A DNA stretch of 64,000 nt from Schizosaccharomyces osmophilus (taxonomy: Eukaryota). Under the pieces are notes generated by a model. It ran no database searches, was not told the DNA's origin, and saw only the letters and a list, made by a program, of their open reading frames with translations. Positions 1-13,590 of the stretch are shown piece after piece. The position numbers and the translations under genes were made by a program. Numbering within the stretch: position 1 is the stretch's first letter; the number at the start of each line of letters is the position of its first letter. The stretch lies in NCBI RefSeq assembly GCF_027921745.1, contig NC_079239.1, forward strand, positions 2,666,001 to 2,730,000, written 5' to 3'.

Positions 1-348
1 GTTTATTACTGTACGCCTAAAGTCGGTTCATTAAGCCTATTTTGTACACGAGTTATGCAACTCAAGGAACTTTGAAAAGTGATTGACGGTCCCTTTTTGT
101 TTCTCCTTTAATAAAGTTTTTATAAATTGAAAGAGGTACAATATATACATAGCTAAAAGCAATTATCTCGTCTTTGATGGGTTTACCATGGTCCACCTTG
201 GAATGCATCCTTATAATTTGTTCGGTCACTTAACAAATATTTCCCATCCACAGTGCGCTTCACTACAATACGTTATTTTGCCAAACAGGTCTTATATTCG
301 CCTTGTGTAATGACTTAGAAAATACCATATTTAAAAACACTAAAAACT

Positions 349-860
349 ATGTCAAAACGTAAGAAAAACTGGGTTGTTTCATTCAATTAACAATTCTTTA
401 GACCATTCGGATTTGATTTTATGCCGCCGGCAACCTGGAATTACTGTAGGAAAGCGTAAGTGAAAAAGCGCGTCTAAATCGCAGCATGAAGAATGTAACG
501 TATACGATTCTAACATTTGTTTAGTTTGTGAACGTTGTGATGATAAGTGCCCAATTTGCGACTCTCATGTTCGTCCAACCACACTAGTTCGCATTTGCGA
601 CGAATGCGCCTTTGGTAGTGCTCAAGATCGCTGCATTATATGTGGTGCACCTGGTGTCTCTGACTGCTATTATTGCGCTGAATGTACGCGTATGGAATAC
701 GACCGTGATGGGTGTCCAAGAGTAATTAATCTTGGTACAAGTCGTACGGATTGGTTCTATGAAAGAAAAAAGTATGATTTAAAGGTTGCTTTTATGCATT
801 TTATTAACACAGTATAGATACAAAATGGCAGGGAAAGAAATGCCAGGGCCGATGTACTGA
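349..860 (+). CDS. ini1: PHF5A/Rds3 SF3b splicing factor (4 exons: 349-358, 402-455, 525-771, 818-860)
   Basis: Not in the ORF track. Manual splicing gives [49 protein letters not shown]...[12 protein letters not shown]...[19 protein letters not shown]; introns are GT..AG with branch sites. Confidence 0.95.
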
Positions 861-1123
861 TACACCATTTACTTATTGCTTTCTTTTTCACGCTTTCACA
901 ATTCTAGACTGTTGCATAATTTCCATGAAAGGGTTTTTTTTACTTACGTTTTGGTTTATATTTATTAGTGATACCTTTGATTGAATAAATGTTTGTTTCA
1001 ATGGGCAACTACATCAAATAAACGAGTATCAGATTTTCTATGCTTTTTCATAAATTTTGCTCATTAGTACTATCATAAAACAACTGATTAAACAAAAGTA
1101 AAGGAATTTTAAAAATTTCAAAA

Positions 1124-4100
1124 TCATCTTTCGTGAGATGCTCTTGAGTTTCGTCTCGATAAGTCGGTCATTGGGTCATAGAAACTCTCTTCCATATCGT
1201 GGTGAACCGCATCTTGTCCTCCTGGACTCGGTGAAGGCGAGAAATATTCACGTTCTTCTTCAAAAGGTTGCCAGTAATCGAGACATGTAGTAACAGAGCC
1301 TAGACTAGCGGTATCATCCAAATCATTTCGCTGGTTGCTAATTTGTAACTTCAAAGCATTCATTTTCCTGGGACTGTTCGTATTTGAGTGTAGCTTTCGA
1401 TCATTTGACATATCTTTCTCGTTAGCGTTTTCGACTTCGTTATTTAAATCCTTGTTTTCATGTTTGTCTTTCCACTCCAATTCCTTAAGATCAGATGGTG
1501 TAGGACTGCTAGAAAACACCGAAACAAAAGAACCCTCTTCCTCGGTAATGCTACCTCTTGCTCTTGATTTCGTACTATGGTAATCCTTTCGAGGAGAACA
1601 GGTCTTTTTCATAGACTCGACATGAGAACGAGATTGATCAACTTGAAATTCAAATTCCAAAATTTTTAGCTGCGTCGTAGCCTTCTGCATGTTCAAGTAT
1701 ACTGACTGGATCTTCGTTTCAAATTTTTTGTATGCTTGCAAAATAACAGCTCGTGTTTTTGGTTGCATCGGTGCACACACAGATAGATTTTTGGCGTTTT
1801 TCTGCAAAATCGAAAGCTTTGTTAAATGTTGATTATATTCTTCCTTTAGTTGATCAGTGCGTGTTTTAATGGTGCGTTTACGAGCAAGTTCCATATCTTG
1901 CTCCAGTTGGACTTCAATAGCTGCCAATTCCTGCTCCATATCTTTTGGGTAACATGAGAAATCTCTTCGAGGAAGGTACGAATCAGAGAAAGGCATGCGC
2001 AAACCAGCTGTACGAATTGTCGCTATGTAGTTAATCCTAGAAATCCATTCTATCATGCATTCCTCGGTAGCCGCTATTAAAGTTTCTATGGAACCATCTC
2101 GCAAAAGAACGTAAAACATATGAGGTGGATTACCAATACATTCTCGGTCGCAATAAGCAAAAGCATTGTCAAGTGAGTGAGTAGTTTCCGGTGACAGCTG
2201 TTCGATGGGTGGAGAAAACACAAGTGCGGGTTCGTCGGGGGAATCAGGGGAAGAGTCCGTCCCACTAAAGTCATTCATGGTTGGAGTCGTTGCATTGCTC
2301 GCTAATGTCATATTACTAGAGCTTTTCGTTTTTGATATTGCACGTTCGTAATTTTCTTGCTGAGAAACCAAGTCGCGAGCCCAAGCCGAATTACGGAAGA
2401 AGAGCATTCTCGATGCAGTCAAGAGAATCAGATGCTCTTTGAAAGAAGAATGGCCTGATACTCTCCTTTTTTTTTCAGACCGCGGTAAAATACCAAGCAT
2501 ACTGATACTGAAGTCAACCAATCCGGGGTCTGAATTGTCCGGCAATCCTATAAAGTGATTGGAAAACGCCATTGGGTGTGATCGGTGAGACACCAATTGT
2601 AATATAGAAGATTTCGAAATTCTTTTCTGAATCCCTGCCAAAGACTTTGAATCCTCTATGCCTGGTGTTATATATTTATCGTTAAATGAAATAGGAGCTT
2701 CATTTCGCAGGGTACTCAACTGACTTTCCAAAGTAAACGTGTAGGGAGATAAGCCCAGTCGTTTACGAGAAGGAGTGTAAAACTTTTCAGCTTTTTCCTT
2801 CTCGAGAAGAAAGAGTTCATCATCCAAGTTGACGAATGGGGTGTAAGTAATGTTATCATAGTAGTATTCAAAAATTTCAGGTGTTAAATCATCAATTTTA
2901 CAAATATTGATAAACTCCTGTTTTGTCATTTTGTGTTTATTATTAACATTAAAGACATCTGTATGAAGCATTATTAACGAAAATACCAAAATGTAACATT
3001 GATCTTCAGAGCTAAACATATCGGTATTGCATTCGTAATAACGCTTTGAGAACGCAGTGATCACTCTGTCGATCTGTTGCGACTCTTTGGGCAAATGAGA
3101 TTTGAGTAAGAATAAACGCAAGCAGAAGTCGAGTGGTCTGCAAGAAAAATCCATACCGCACAAACACAAATGAAGAGCTTCAGACAGAACTTCGTTTTCT
3201 CTTTCAGCCAATACAGGTATCATGAAACTGTACGGCACAGTTGCTCGGAGCTTGCTAAGATAACTCTGAGCGGTATCACAGTCTTCTAGACTAGGTACGG
3301 AAGACAAAAATTTATTAGGATTTGGTTTTAAATCGGAGAAAAGGGTGGAATGCTCAAGCACATGAGCAAGGCTTTCGTCGCCATCTCTCCTGAGAGTTCG
3401 AAAACTGAAAAGGCTAGAACGGCTTTCTCGATAATTTTCAATGGTACGTTGAGAAGGTATGGTGGAGCTTCTAGGTCTTGCTCTGGAGGCTCTCTGTGGG
3501 TTATCGGGAGAACTAACAGGGCTTCCTCCTTCTGAAGGTGTTTTAGGTAAAGAAACTGATTGAGTAGATGAAGATGAATCATCTCGAATTTGCTTAGGAT
3601 CAAAGTCAACGAGACTATTTGTTATATTACGTTCAAGACAATTGGATGACAAAGATCGTTCGGTGCCCGGTCGTCCACCAACCTGTGACAAGAATGGGGG
3701 GTTTTCATGGTTAATCTCTTCTGCTGAAGATATAGAGTCATTCAAAGAACCTGCTAAACGATCTGTATCGTTCACTGAAGTATCCTTACTATTGCTAACT
3801 TTCGGCTCCTCCTCTTTTTGCAAGTATGATGTATCACCAAGTGAATGGCTACCATTCTCAGTTGGTTGGTCGTAATTCCAAGATCTTCTTGAAAATATTG
3901 GAAGTCGAAAGAAGCTACGGGACGTACGGGGACGAAAATGTGTGTTCAGAGGAGACTTGGTAACCTGAGACTCTGAAGGGACATCAGTCGCGATTTTTGG
4001 AACAGAAGGGTCTCTGCTCTTCGTAGGGGATGTAATCTGATGTTCTTGATGATCCACAGGGAACTCTTGAGACAAACTTCCTTCAGTATTTTCTGAGGAA

Positions 4101-4408
4101 GAATCTTGATTAATGTAGGAAGAATGCTTAGCACGGGATTTAGTATAAAAAATTCCCTTTTTTTTGAAGAAAGGGGTAGGGGTATCGGAAGGAGAAGAGG
4201 CGGTAATTTCAGGTTTATTCTTTTTTGACTTTTTCGAACGATCTGATGAACTTTTTTTTCGCGATTTTGTACGATGGTCTGATACAGATGTTGGAATGGA
4301 GGAAGTGCCAGATAAACCAGCATTTTTAGTTTTATTGTCGGCTTTTCGTTCTTTATCCTTAACGGTTGAATCCAAAGAGTTCCTACCTAGTGAAAATCGG
4401 ACAGGCAT
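1124..4408 (-). CDS. sec73: Sec7-domain Arf guanine nucleotide exchange factor with PH-like region
   Basis: Sec7 motifs LPKESQQIDR and FSLIMLHTD; first ATG at 4408; neighbours match the S. pombe order as recalled. Confidence 0.85.
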   Translation of the reverse strand: MPVRFSLGRNSLDSTVKDKERKADNKTKNAGLSGTSSIPTSVSDHRTKSRKKSSSDRSKKSKKNKPEITASSPSDTPTPFFKKKGIFYTKSRAKHSSYINQDSSSENTEGSLSQEFPVDHQEHQITSPTKSRDPSVPKIATDVPSESQVTKSPLNTHFRPRTSRSFFRLPIFSRRSWNYDQPTENGSHSLGDTSYLQKEEEPKVSNSKDTSVNDTDRLAGSLNDSISSAEEINHENPPFLSQVGGRPGTERSLSSNCLERNITNSLVDFDPKQIRDDSSSSTQSVSLPKTPSEGGSPVSSPDNPQRASRARPRSSTIPSQRTIENYRESRSSLFSFRTLRRDGDESLAHVLEHSTLFSDLKPNPNKFLSSVPSLEDCDTAQSYLSKLRATVPYSFMIPVLAERENEVLSEALHLCLCGMDFSCRPLDFCLRLFLLKSHLPKESQQIDRVITAFSKRYYECNTDMFSSEDQCYILVFSLIMLHTDVFNVNNKHKMTKQEFINICKIDDLTPEIFEYYYDNITYTPFVNLDDELFLLEKEKAEKFYTPSRKRLGLSPYTFTLESQLSTLRNEAPISFNDKYITPGIEDSKSLAGIQKRISKSSILQLVSHRSHPMAFSNHFIGLPDNSDPGLVDFSISMLGILPRSEKKRRVSGHSSFKEHLILLTASRMLFFRNSAWARDLVSQQENYERAISKTKSSSNMTLASNATTPTMNDFSGTDSSPDSPDEPALVFSPPIEQLSPETTHSLDNAFAYCDRECIGNPPHMFYVLLRDGSIETLIAATEECMIEWISRINYIATIRTAGLRMPFSDSYLPRRDFSCYPKDMEQELAAIEVQLEQDMELARKRTIKTRTDQLKEEYNQHLTKLSILQKNAKNLSVCAPMQPKTRAVILQAYKKFETKIQSVYLNMQKATTQLKILEFEFQVDQSRSHVESMKKTCSPRKDYHSTKSRARGSITEEEGSFVSVFSSSPTPSDLKELEWKDKHENKDLNNEVENANEKDMSNDRKLHSNTNSPRKMNALKLQISNQRNDLDDTASLGSVTTCLDYWQPFEEEREYFSPSPSPGGQDAVHHDMEESFYDPMTDLSRRNSRASHER

Positions 4409-6348
4409 CACGAATATTGAGAGGACATAGAAAGATCAATGAGAGTGATGACGGAAAATGAAATAAAAAAAATGGAAACAATGACAAAGTCTCGATCCAG
4501 GACAGAGAACTGGTTAAAAGAGATAATATACAACGAGAAAACGAAACAGAGGGAATAAAAACAGGCTAGTATACAAAAAGGAAGGAACGACTTAAATAGA
4601 AAGACGAATAAACAAAAGAAACTCTAGATAAAGTGAAGACAAAAGGTCGTAATAACGGTCAAAGAGATCTAAAAAAAAAGTGACTGAGATAGGAAAGTTA
4701 TCTGAGACAGTGAAGAAAAGGGACTGAATAGAATAAAAATGTAAGAATATTCGCAAAGAATGTGGCAGCGAAGAAGGAAGTAAACAAGAAAAGGAAAGAC
4801 GAAAAATGAAACTTTTAAGGTACCAAGGTTATCGTCGCCTAAACGAAATAAAAAATGTCAAATAAAAGAAGAAAAAATGGTAACCGTCAAGAAAGATATT
4901 ATCAACAGTATATTCTGCTATTGGATGAGCAACAAAAAGGGCTGAAATTCAATTCCTTTAGAATAATTCAAAGAGTGAAAAATAAGGACCAGAGGTTTTC
5001 CATAGGCATAGACGAATTAAAGAAATAACAAGAGAGATATGAATCAATAGAGTTCACGTTCTAAATTCATATCCTCAATTCTGTTCCTATAAACACAATG
5101 TTTGAGATATTTTCAGAAACAGCTCAAAAAACGTAAAGCGATCTTATACGATGGCTCAAAATAATGCAAAAGATATCTATCAACAAAATAATTTTCCTTT
5201 CCCGAAGATTCACAAAATCGTCTTCCCTAAAAAAAGTGGCTCTATCTAGAAGCCAAGATTCGTGGAGTGCATATTCAATGGATTGTTCCCTTTCATCGTT
5301 ACTTGGTTCTCGCTTGTGATGTTCGCGAGTATCCCTAAAGAGATGTGGGGTAGAATGCAATAACTCAATAATAAAATACTCATGAAAACAAAAACGCTTT
5401 CCAAAAGAGTTATGGTTTAGGGAAAGCAATTTCCATAAGAGTTCCATTTTTTTGTAGCCGATCGATAGACCTGTCAAGCAAGTATGGAAATTTCCATTTG
5501 TTCTTGTTTGAAGGAACAAACCTGCATTTTAAGCACAGCAATTTCGCAGTTTTACACGGTGTGGTGTTTACGGTAAGGGATGTAAAAGCAAAAATTGTCT
5601 CTACTAGCAGAGTAGTACTATTTGTAAAATAGGCGCGAAAACCAGATTAATTTCATGTTTAAGGGAAGAAACAATTGCAGCTTAAATTGCAGCATCTAAA
5701 TAACTAAATATATCTTTTCTTTCATGGTTTTCGATAGTTGATTTATGCAGAAGAGCATTCAATAGAAACAGGTTTCGCATTCCCCAAAATGATGATGGTA
5801 AATAAGGAACAAACCGAGCATCAAATGAATTTCAACAGTTGGATTCTTTAATATGAAGCAGGAATGAGATTATTTTTTCGTTGTTCACAAACCAAAGGAT
5901 TGCTTTTCAACTTGCGATAATTTCTTTCACATATGATAAAGGTTCGAAAGAAAACGGGCCTGCAAATTACTCCTTTTTAAAACCCTTTAAGTTTTTTTTT
6001 TAATTCATTCGGATGAATGTATTTCATTACTTATTTTTCCATGTAAAGCAGGAAACCCAGCAGAAATTTCTTTATTTATGTTTGTTTCTTTTGTTTACTT
6101 ACGAACCGCTGGGTGCACATCATTAAAGAATATTGTCGGCGTACCTCAACGTCATGGTTCTGTAAGCATACAGCAAGACCTCTACAAACGCGTCTACTCT
6201 AGAAAAGCATCGTTTGCGAACAGTCAAATATTATATTGCTCTTCATTTCTGAAAATTAAAATAAATACTCTTTATGAATTATTGAATAAACCGAAGATAG
6301 TGGATCCTCCAATAGCACTTCTTTTGAAAACTAAGAAATGCCTTAATC

Positions 6349-9300
6349 ATGTCTTCAGGTTTATTGTCTCAAAAGAAGGACCATTTTATTCCAGTTCTCC
6401 TGAATGAATGTAGTATTGATTCTCCATCCTTCCGAGCAAGCATTCATTTCTTGGGCAACCAACTTCGAGCTTATAGCCAATGGTCTGAGGAGTTTTTGTC
6501 CTTGTGTCACAAATATACACAGGCAATTGAGTGTAAGTTTTAATGGAGAATCTTTTCCATCATCCTATCAGGTAAAGGTGTAGGAATATGGGCTTACTTT
6601 GCCTTTGCCTTTTCAAAACCAACCGTCCAGTTTACGAGCAGACGTCTTTATGCTGCTTGGGACGATGGTAAAGGTTCTTTTCCATCAATGTGTACTTATT
6701 AACAAAATTTAGCGATTGAGCCCATCGTTGCGACCATTTCGTTTCAGTCAATGCCTTCCGTCATTTCTTGCGGATTTTTTGGTACGTGTTTTTAAACCCG
6801 TAAGAATATAAATCATTTTCTGTTCAAATATTGACCTCTAGACCCTGATTATGCAACCACAGCCCTCTTAAATGGTCAAGAAATGTTTCGCTCTACCTTT
6901 CTAATCCAGATGGAACAAGCAAGGAATATACACAAGTACGTTATCAACCCTATGGAATTGTTTCATGATTCGAAATTGCGTCCTTTGCTTCAACTAGATG
7001 AGCGTTATCGCACTGAACAAGAGCATTATGATTCTGAGATTTTGAGGTACTCTTCTTCGGGTCAAGTGAAGGATCTCGCTCAAATGCGTGAAGAAGCGAA
7101 AGCTCTCTGTGATGCTCGCAGTACCTATTTTACTATTGCTTTACAATACGTTGTACAAGTTGGCTCTTTCCATTTTTATTTGGATAATGTAGCTTTAGAA
7201 AGTATTAGCCGATTCTCCATCGAAACTTTTCGACTTAGCAGTCGACTTCACGAATCCAACGCAAGTACCCACGATCAGATCGTACGTCTCTTGGCTTATG
7301 GAACCAAGATCAATGAATCCTACCCCGCATTCAAGAAAATTATATCGAATGTATATAATCGGGTGGAAAGAGAAATATTAAAACGTATTCAACCGCCTTC
7401 AAATCTTGACAGTTATCGTAGCGACACTCACAGAACGCTCAATACAACGGCTAAGAGGCGACAAGGATGGCTCCTTCGAAATGTTAGTTCTAATAAGCCA
7501 GACAATAAAGCAGTTTGGAAGAAATTTTGGTTTTTTATTGACAATGGCTACTTTGGATATCTCACCGATGATGCCAATGGTGGTGTATTTGAAAGTGAGC
7601 GAATTGGTGTCTTGCTTTGTAAGTTTAGCCCGTTGCCCAACAGCCATCGAAGATTTTGCTTTCAAATAAAAACAAAATCTTCCTTGTATATTTTGCAAGC
7701 AGAGACTCAGTTGGATGTGGTAGAGTGGGGAAACGTTTTTCATAATGCACGTACACACTGCCTAAATGGCAAAATTTCTGCGGATTTAGTTTTATCTCCC
7801 ACACTCCCTTCCTTCTCAGCAAAATCCCTCGCTCATGTCGTCGACCGTCGTCGTAACCAGTCTAACCTAAAAAACGCTAAATCCTCAAGGGCCCATTCTG
7901 AAAGGCTTCTTTGTGGACATAGTAATTACGAGGTTTCCACCATTATGCATTCAAAAAGTTTGCATCGTGTGCCTTCCCCACAAAAAATACTTCGCAATAC
8001 AGCCTCCCATAATCAGTCAGACCTCCTTGCACCTTGGAGTATAGTAGCAGCTCCCATAATAACAAATCTTACTTCTGACACAATCACTAGTTTCTTGGAT
8101 CATGAAGGATATTTTTCGGGTAACTCGCCATCTGCTCTTATGGCTAACTTTTGGGGATCAGTGAACTATGGCCACGTTTTAGAACAACATAACTGGCTTT
8201 TGAATTCAGAGTTTGGTCGTACTTACGAAAAAATTTCAAGGGAGGTAAACTTGGAATCCTTCCCGGCTGAGCTGAAATTAAGAAATGCAGAGTTTAAGGG
8301 GATTTTTGGCGAGTTGGCAACTTCCGCAGTTCTGTTTGTTAGTCGCGTTGTAAGTAAGCGTGAAGGCCAGATTAGGATGCCTGGAAGAATGTACTGCACT
8401 ATGCGAGGCGTGTTCATTTACTATAAAATAAGTGGGCTAGTGCTTATTGAACATTTTCCAATCTCAAAGATTTCAAACGTGAAGTATTTTACAAGCAGCA
8501 AATGCGATTACTTTTATATGAGCGTAGCGAAATATGGAACTCTCAGATTTCGATTATACCTTGATTCTTCGAAAATATTGCATGATCGTTTAAATATTCT
8601 AATTTATAATTACGTTGCTGATGATCCCATGAATAGCGTTCAGCTACTGTCTCGAATTCGTGAAGTCCAGAAAGAGTATGCATTGGTGAAACCGAACGTT
8701 GATCAATCTGTCATACCAGACTTCGACGCAATTTCTCGCCCCCAAACCCACGTTCGTGGAAGAAGTAAAACGCTTTCAGCACCATCAGAAACCGTTTATA
8801 AAGAAGATGACCATGTAACTGAGCAAATGAGAAGACTCAATATTGCCAGGCTTCCGAAGGAAACTGTTCAAGTAGCCCGATCTGATCATATGGATGATAT
8901 AATTCTTGACAACGTATACGATGTTTCTTCTAAAGCTCTGTTTCATATTGTATTCGGTGATAAAAGCAATTTCTTACTCAGGCTTTATAAGCTTCATGGT
9001 ATTGAAGACATTGAACTTCTTCCATGGATAGAGGATGAAGATACGGGGAAAAATTATCGCTACATCAATTATAAACTTCATTATCGTGATTCAAAGGGAG
9101 TGTTTCATTCTCAGCATTACCAGGATCGTCAATCTCAAGATAAGCGTAATGAGTACAATTTATATATATTATCATGGTACCATCACCCTTGGGCTATTCC
9201 CTACAAGGACTCTTTCAGATTGGTACTCAAAACGTCAATATCTCACTTAAAGAAAAATAAAAGCCGCCTTCTTCTTTCGATTGGCATTGAATGGATAAAC

Positions 9301-10251
9301 AAACCTTTCGGTGTCTCTAAAGTTTTAGAAGCAGTAGCTCGAGATGTTGCCCTTAAATATGTGGACCTAGAAGCTGTTTACCTCGATAAGGCTGTATTGA
9401 CTGCCAAAAAGCTTCCTATCTTGAGCATCGTCAATGAATATGGTAAGGTTGGTGATTACTCTGAATCTGTTGTTTTTCAAAGAAAACTTCCATATGTTTC
9501 GCAGCTGAGCAGCCCTTCTATGTTAAACTTAATACGTAGTCATATATGGTTGTTCTTGGGTGGACTTGCTATGGATCTTGCTGTTTTACCATGGGCTATA
9601 TTGAGCATTTTCTTGCGTTATACTTTTTCACACTCTTTCGTAATGGTTTTGTTGACTCTATCACTAATTTCTAACCTTTTATTTGCATACAATTTTGGGG
9701 AAAACTTTTGGAAAGAAAGACAAGATCAACAATTTCTTAACCGGGTATTCGATGATTTAAAACAAATAAAAACGTCTGTTCAATATGTTCATATGAAAGA
9801 TGTAGATGATTTATTGGTTGGTCTTCCTACTTTTAGGCATCCAAATCTAACTGAGAATGGGGAATGGTAAGTTCTTACTTAAAATCTCATCGCTAACAAA
9901 TGTAGTATACGATCGTTTATAAGCTATCCCTCACGAGCTAAAAGCCGTTGGACGGAAAAAAGAAACTATATTGCAGAAAAAAGAAAATATGTTATGATGA
10001 AGCTAGCATCCTTGAATTATTTTGATTACCTTGTACACCAGGATGCAATATATGAACACGTCCAACACGAACTTATGACATGCCAAAAAGCTAAAGTCCT
10101 AGGGTTATATCCGTCACAGATTGAAAAGTATTGTTCATCTTGCGAATCAGAATGGCAAAATCGCACTTTGTTTTTTGGTGAAGATAATCTTGCTACAAGA
10201 CTTCTCAGCTTAGATACTCAAGTATCTTCAAAAAAACCACCCGAAGAGTAA
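6349..10251 (+). CDS. ltc2: Sip3/Lam1-type BAR-PH-GRAM-StARkin membrane-contact sterol transfer protein (introns 6533-6712, 6782-6841, 9867-9905)
   Basis: DSPSFRAS BAR start, PH domain (GWLL..WKKFWFF..RRFCFQI..LQAET), C-terminal TM segments; the three ORF pieces join in frame through canonical introns. The symbol is less certain than the family. Confidence 0.8.
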
Positions 10252-10680
10252 AAAAAGGGGAATAAATATGGGTGACTAACGATTCACAGAAAAAGGTTAC
10301 TTTACATTTTTTATTTATAGTCTACTGTTTCTACACCGTGCTAATATGGTTACAAAAGAAAGCTAAAGACGTTTAACATTTTAGAATTTAGAATATAAAT
10401 ATGTATATATTTTCTTTCTATAATATAATTAGAATAAATATAATTTATAAAGTAAATAGTTTTAGGCTTAGGCTTTTATGTTTGCTTCTCACTATGCTTG
10501 CCGACATTGCTTGACTTCAGCCGTTTACCACTTGAGCAATTAGTACCTTTGAAAGCCATCCTTGCAAGCATCATTTCATAAATCGATCTTCATCCATTAC
10601 CTATATAAGAACGGCGCCCAATTTATCTTGTTTACGCTTCAATTCAGCGAATTGAAGGAAAACATAGGTTGCTGTGTGTA

Positions 10681-12551
10681 ATGGAAAACATAAAAGTTGC
10701 AAAGGTAATATATGCCTTAATAATGATTTAAAATCAATTGTATGTAAAGCTAATGAGTTTCAGGTTGAAAATGTGAAGTTTTTGAATAAAGGCAATGAGA
10801 TTAATGGAACGCTACATTTAACTGCTTATCATTCTATTTTCTCTGATGTGGAAGGGAAAAGAGAAATATGGACAGCTTACTCCATGATTAATTTCGTTCG
10901 TCTGTGCCTTAATGAAAAAACATACTGCATTCGAATACAATGCAGGGACTTTATGTTTTACTGTTTGAAATTTCAGAGCTCGACAGACGCCATGGATGTT
11001 TACGATACTCTGCGAGAATTGACATCAGTAACTTCTGTCAATCGTTTATATGCGTATCATTACATGCCCACAGGAGGAGAAGGAAAGGTTCAATCTGGAT
11101 GGGACTTGTTTCACCTCGAAAATGAGTATCGCCGTATGGGTGTTGGTGACTCAAACCGTGCTGAAGGTGCTGGTACAAACTGGAGACTTACGAAAATAAA
11201 TGAAAATTACTTGGAATGCCAATCATATCCTCAAATATTGGCTGTTCCAACCAATGTATCCGACAGCGTTATTCATTACGGTTGCAAATACCGATCGAAA
11301 AATAGGTTTCCTACATTAACTTACCTTCATAAAAATTCTGTATGCTTGCTTTTTTTATACGTATAGATCAAAGACATTATGCTGACATGTTACTTTTAGT
11401 TCTCTATTACTCGAGCATCGCAACCTTTGGTAGGGCTTCGGCAGAACCGGAGCGCACAAGATGAAAAAGTTGTTGAAGCTATATTTGCTACGTCTATTAT
11501 ACCAGGAAAAGAGAACCTAATTGTGGATGCTAGACCGTCTACGAATGCCATGGCAAATATAGCAGTTGGGGCAGGAAGCGAAAATATGGATCATTATCGA
11601 TTTGCAAAAAAAATATATTTAGGGATTGACAATATCCACGTTATGCGCGAGTCTTTAAGTAAAATAGTGAACGCTCTTCGGAATACAGATATAAGTGCAG
11701 CATCCCCTTCGGTTGAGCAATTAAACAAATCGAATTGGCTGAAGCACTTGACAAATATACTACAAGGGGCTGTTTTGATTATCCAAACAGTTCACTTTCA
11801 GCATGCTCACGTACTAGTCCACTGCTCGGATGGCTGGGATCGAACGTCTCAATTATGTGCTCTTCCACAACTTTGTCTTGACCCATATTATCGAACCATC
11901 CAAGGATTTATGAGCCTAATAGAAAAAGACTGGTTAGCATTTGGACATAGATTTGCCGAACGGTGTTGTCATTTGCCTGGAAAGAGGATCTTTTCTACTG
12001 ATAATTCTTCACCAGAAGAACAACACACGACTACTTCGGTAGCCACTTCTACACTTCAGTATACATTTTGTACATTTCGGTCTGCTCTTAGTGGATTTGC
12101 CATTGATCACTCGGAGAAGATGAGCTCTCCTGTTTTTCATCAATTCTTGGACTGTGTGTGGCAAATTATGAGACAATTTCCCAAGTATTTTGAGTTCAAC
12201 GAACGATTTTTGCGCCGGCTTTTGTATCACTTGTATTCGTGTCAGTATGGGTCGTTTTTGTACAACTCTCAACGCGAACGTAAACAATCTGCTGTGTATC
12301 AGCAAACTCGTTCTATCTGGGACTACTTTATGTCTCGGAAAAAAGAATTTACAAATTTAGATTATGAATATTATGATGATGTTTTACTTCCTAATGCAAC
12401 GGATCTTAAATGGTGGGCGTCCTCTTTTGGTCAGCCAGATGAAAACATGAACGTTGGCTTATCCGAAGCCTCTTCTACTGGTTCACCTCTTGTTTCGTCA
12501 TCCTCATGTCAATCTGCTTCTGCATCTGCATCTGCTTCTGTTCCAGTGTAA
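10681..12551 (+). CDS. ymr1: Myotubularin-family phosphatidylinositol-3-phosphatase (introns 10705-10763, 11340-11399)
   Basis: Catalytic HCSDGWDRT motif, GRAM N-terminus; spliced start MENIKVAK|VENV. Confidence 0.93.
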
Positions 12552-13590
12552 ACTCACTCACAGAACAGTTTTTTTGAGAGCCCCAAGAACAAATACGACA
12601 TATATCTTCTCATCGAACTGGCTGGCTAAAGAAGGGACTCGATTTTTTGAACAAACAATTCTTTTTTCTGTTTCGCTGTCATCCTTCATTTTTTGTGTTC
12701 GCCGAGTGAAGAAGAAGAGGATGTATGTGCTTTGCCAATGATTCCGTCTCCAGATTTCTTCGCCATGTAAAAATCCTGTTTATGATAAACCTTCCATCTT
12801 TACTTTGAAATTCTTATTTCTCTATGCTTGGGTCTTTATGGATTCTACCAAGGCTTTATTTTTCTTAACCTGACCCATTTTCCCCAGCTAGTTGTTACGA
12901 ATTATGAAAACCTTCTAACCTTTGCTTATGTTTTATGTAATGAAGTATCCTTCCTTTTTGATCGTCTAGTGCGATCTCTCTACTTTTCGTAGCATGAGCC
13001 CATCGTAAGTTCCTTCACCCTCGTACGAACCAACCACCGGCTTGAGTAGTTGCCCATTTCCTTCCTGTACCTTTCGAGCTGGTGGTCAGTGTCCTCAAAC
13101 TTTTTTTCATAGTAATACGATTCTATTAATTAATTACATGTGGATGAAATCATTTTGTACAAAAGATTTGTCATTTCTTCTTTGAAAATGTGATGGAGGT
13201 GGTTGGTATTCTAGCGAAGCTTTAAAATACTTTAGTTTTTGAGGCCTCCCATTGGCTGGGAAGTGAAATGGAAGAAGCATAAAATTTATCTGTTTACAAA
13301 AGTAGGAATGCCAAAGAGTTATCGGGAGTTCGAATTATTCAATTTTTTTTGTATTCGGTTTTCTTTAATTTTTCTTTATATAAATGGGATGAATTCACAG
13401 ATCATGAAACAAAAATCGAGATCATACGAGTTTGTGTCTTTGTTTACTCCATCGCGTAAGATTATTTTCTGTCAGCAAGGATATCGGTACTTTATATAAC
13501 CGACGCGACGCGACTGTTTTCCTACTTGGATTTAACCAGCAACACCCATCCAGTCGAAATCAAGTTTTTTGCATTTCTGGTGGTTCAAAA

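Noticed and set aside
5124..5519. 131-aa minus-strand ORF between sec73 and the ltc2-like gene
   Set aside because: Non-ATG start, no recognisable motif, lies in a divergent promoter region.
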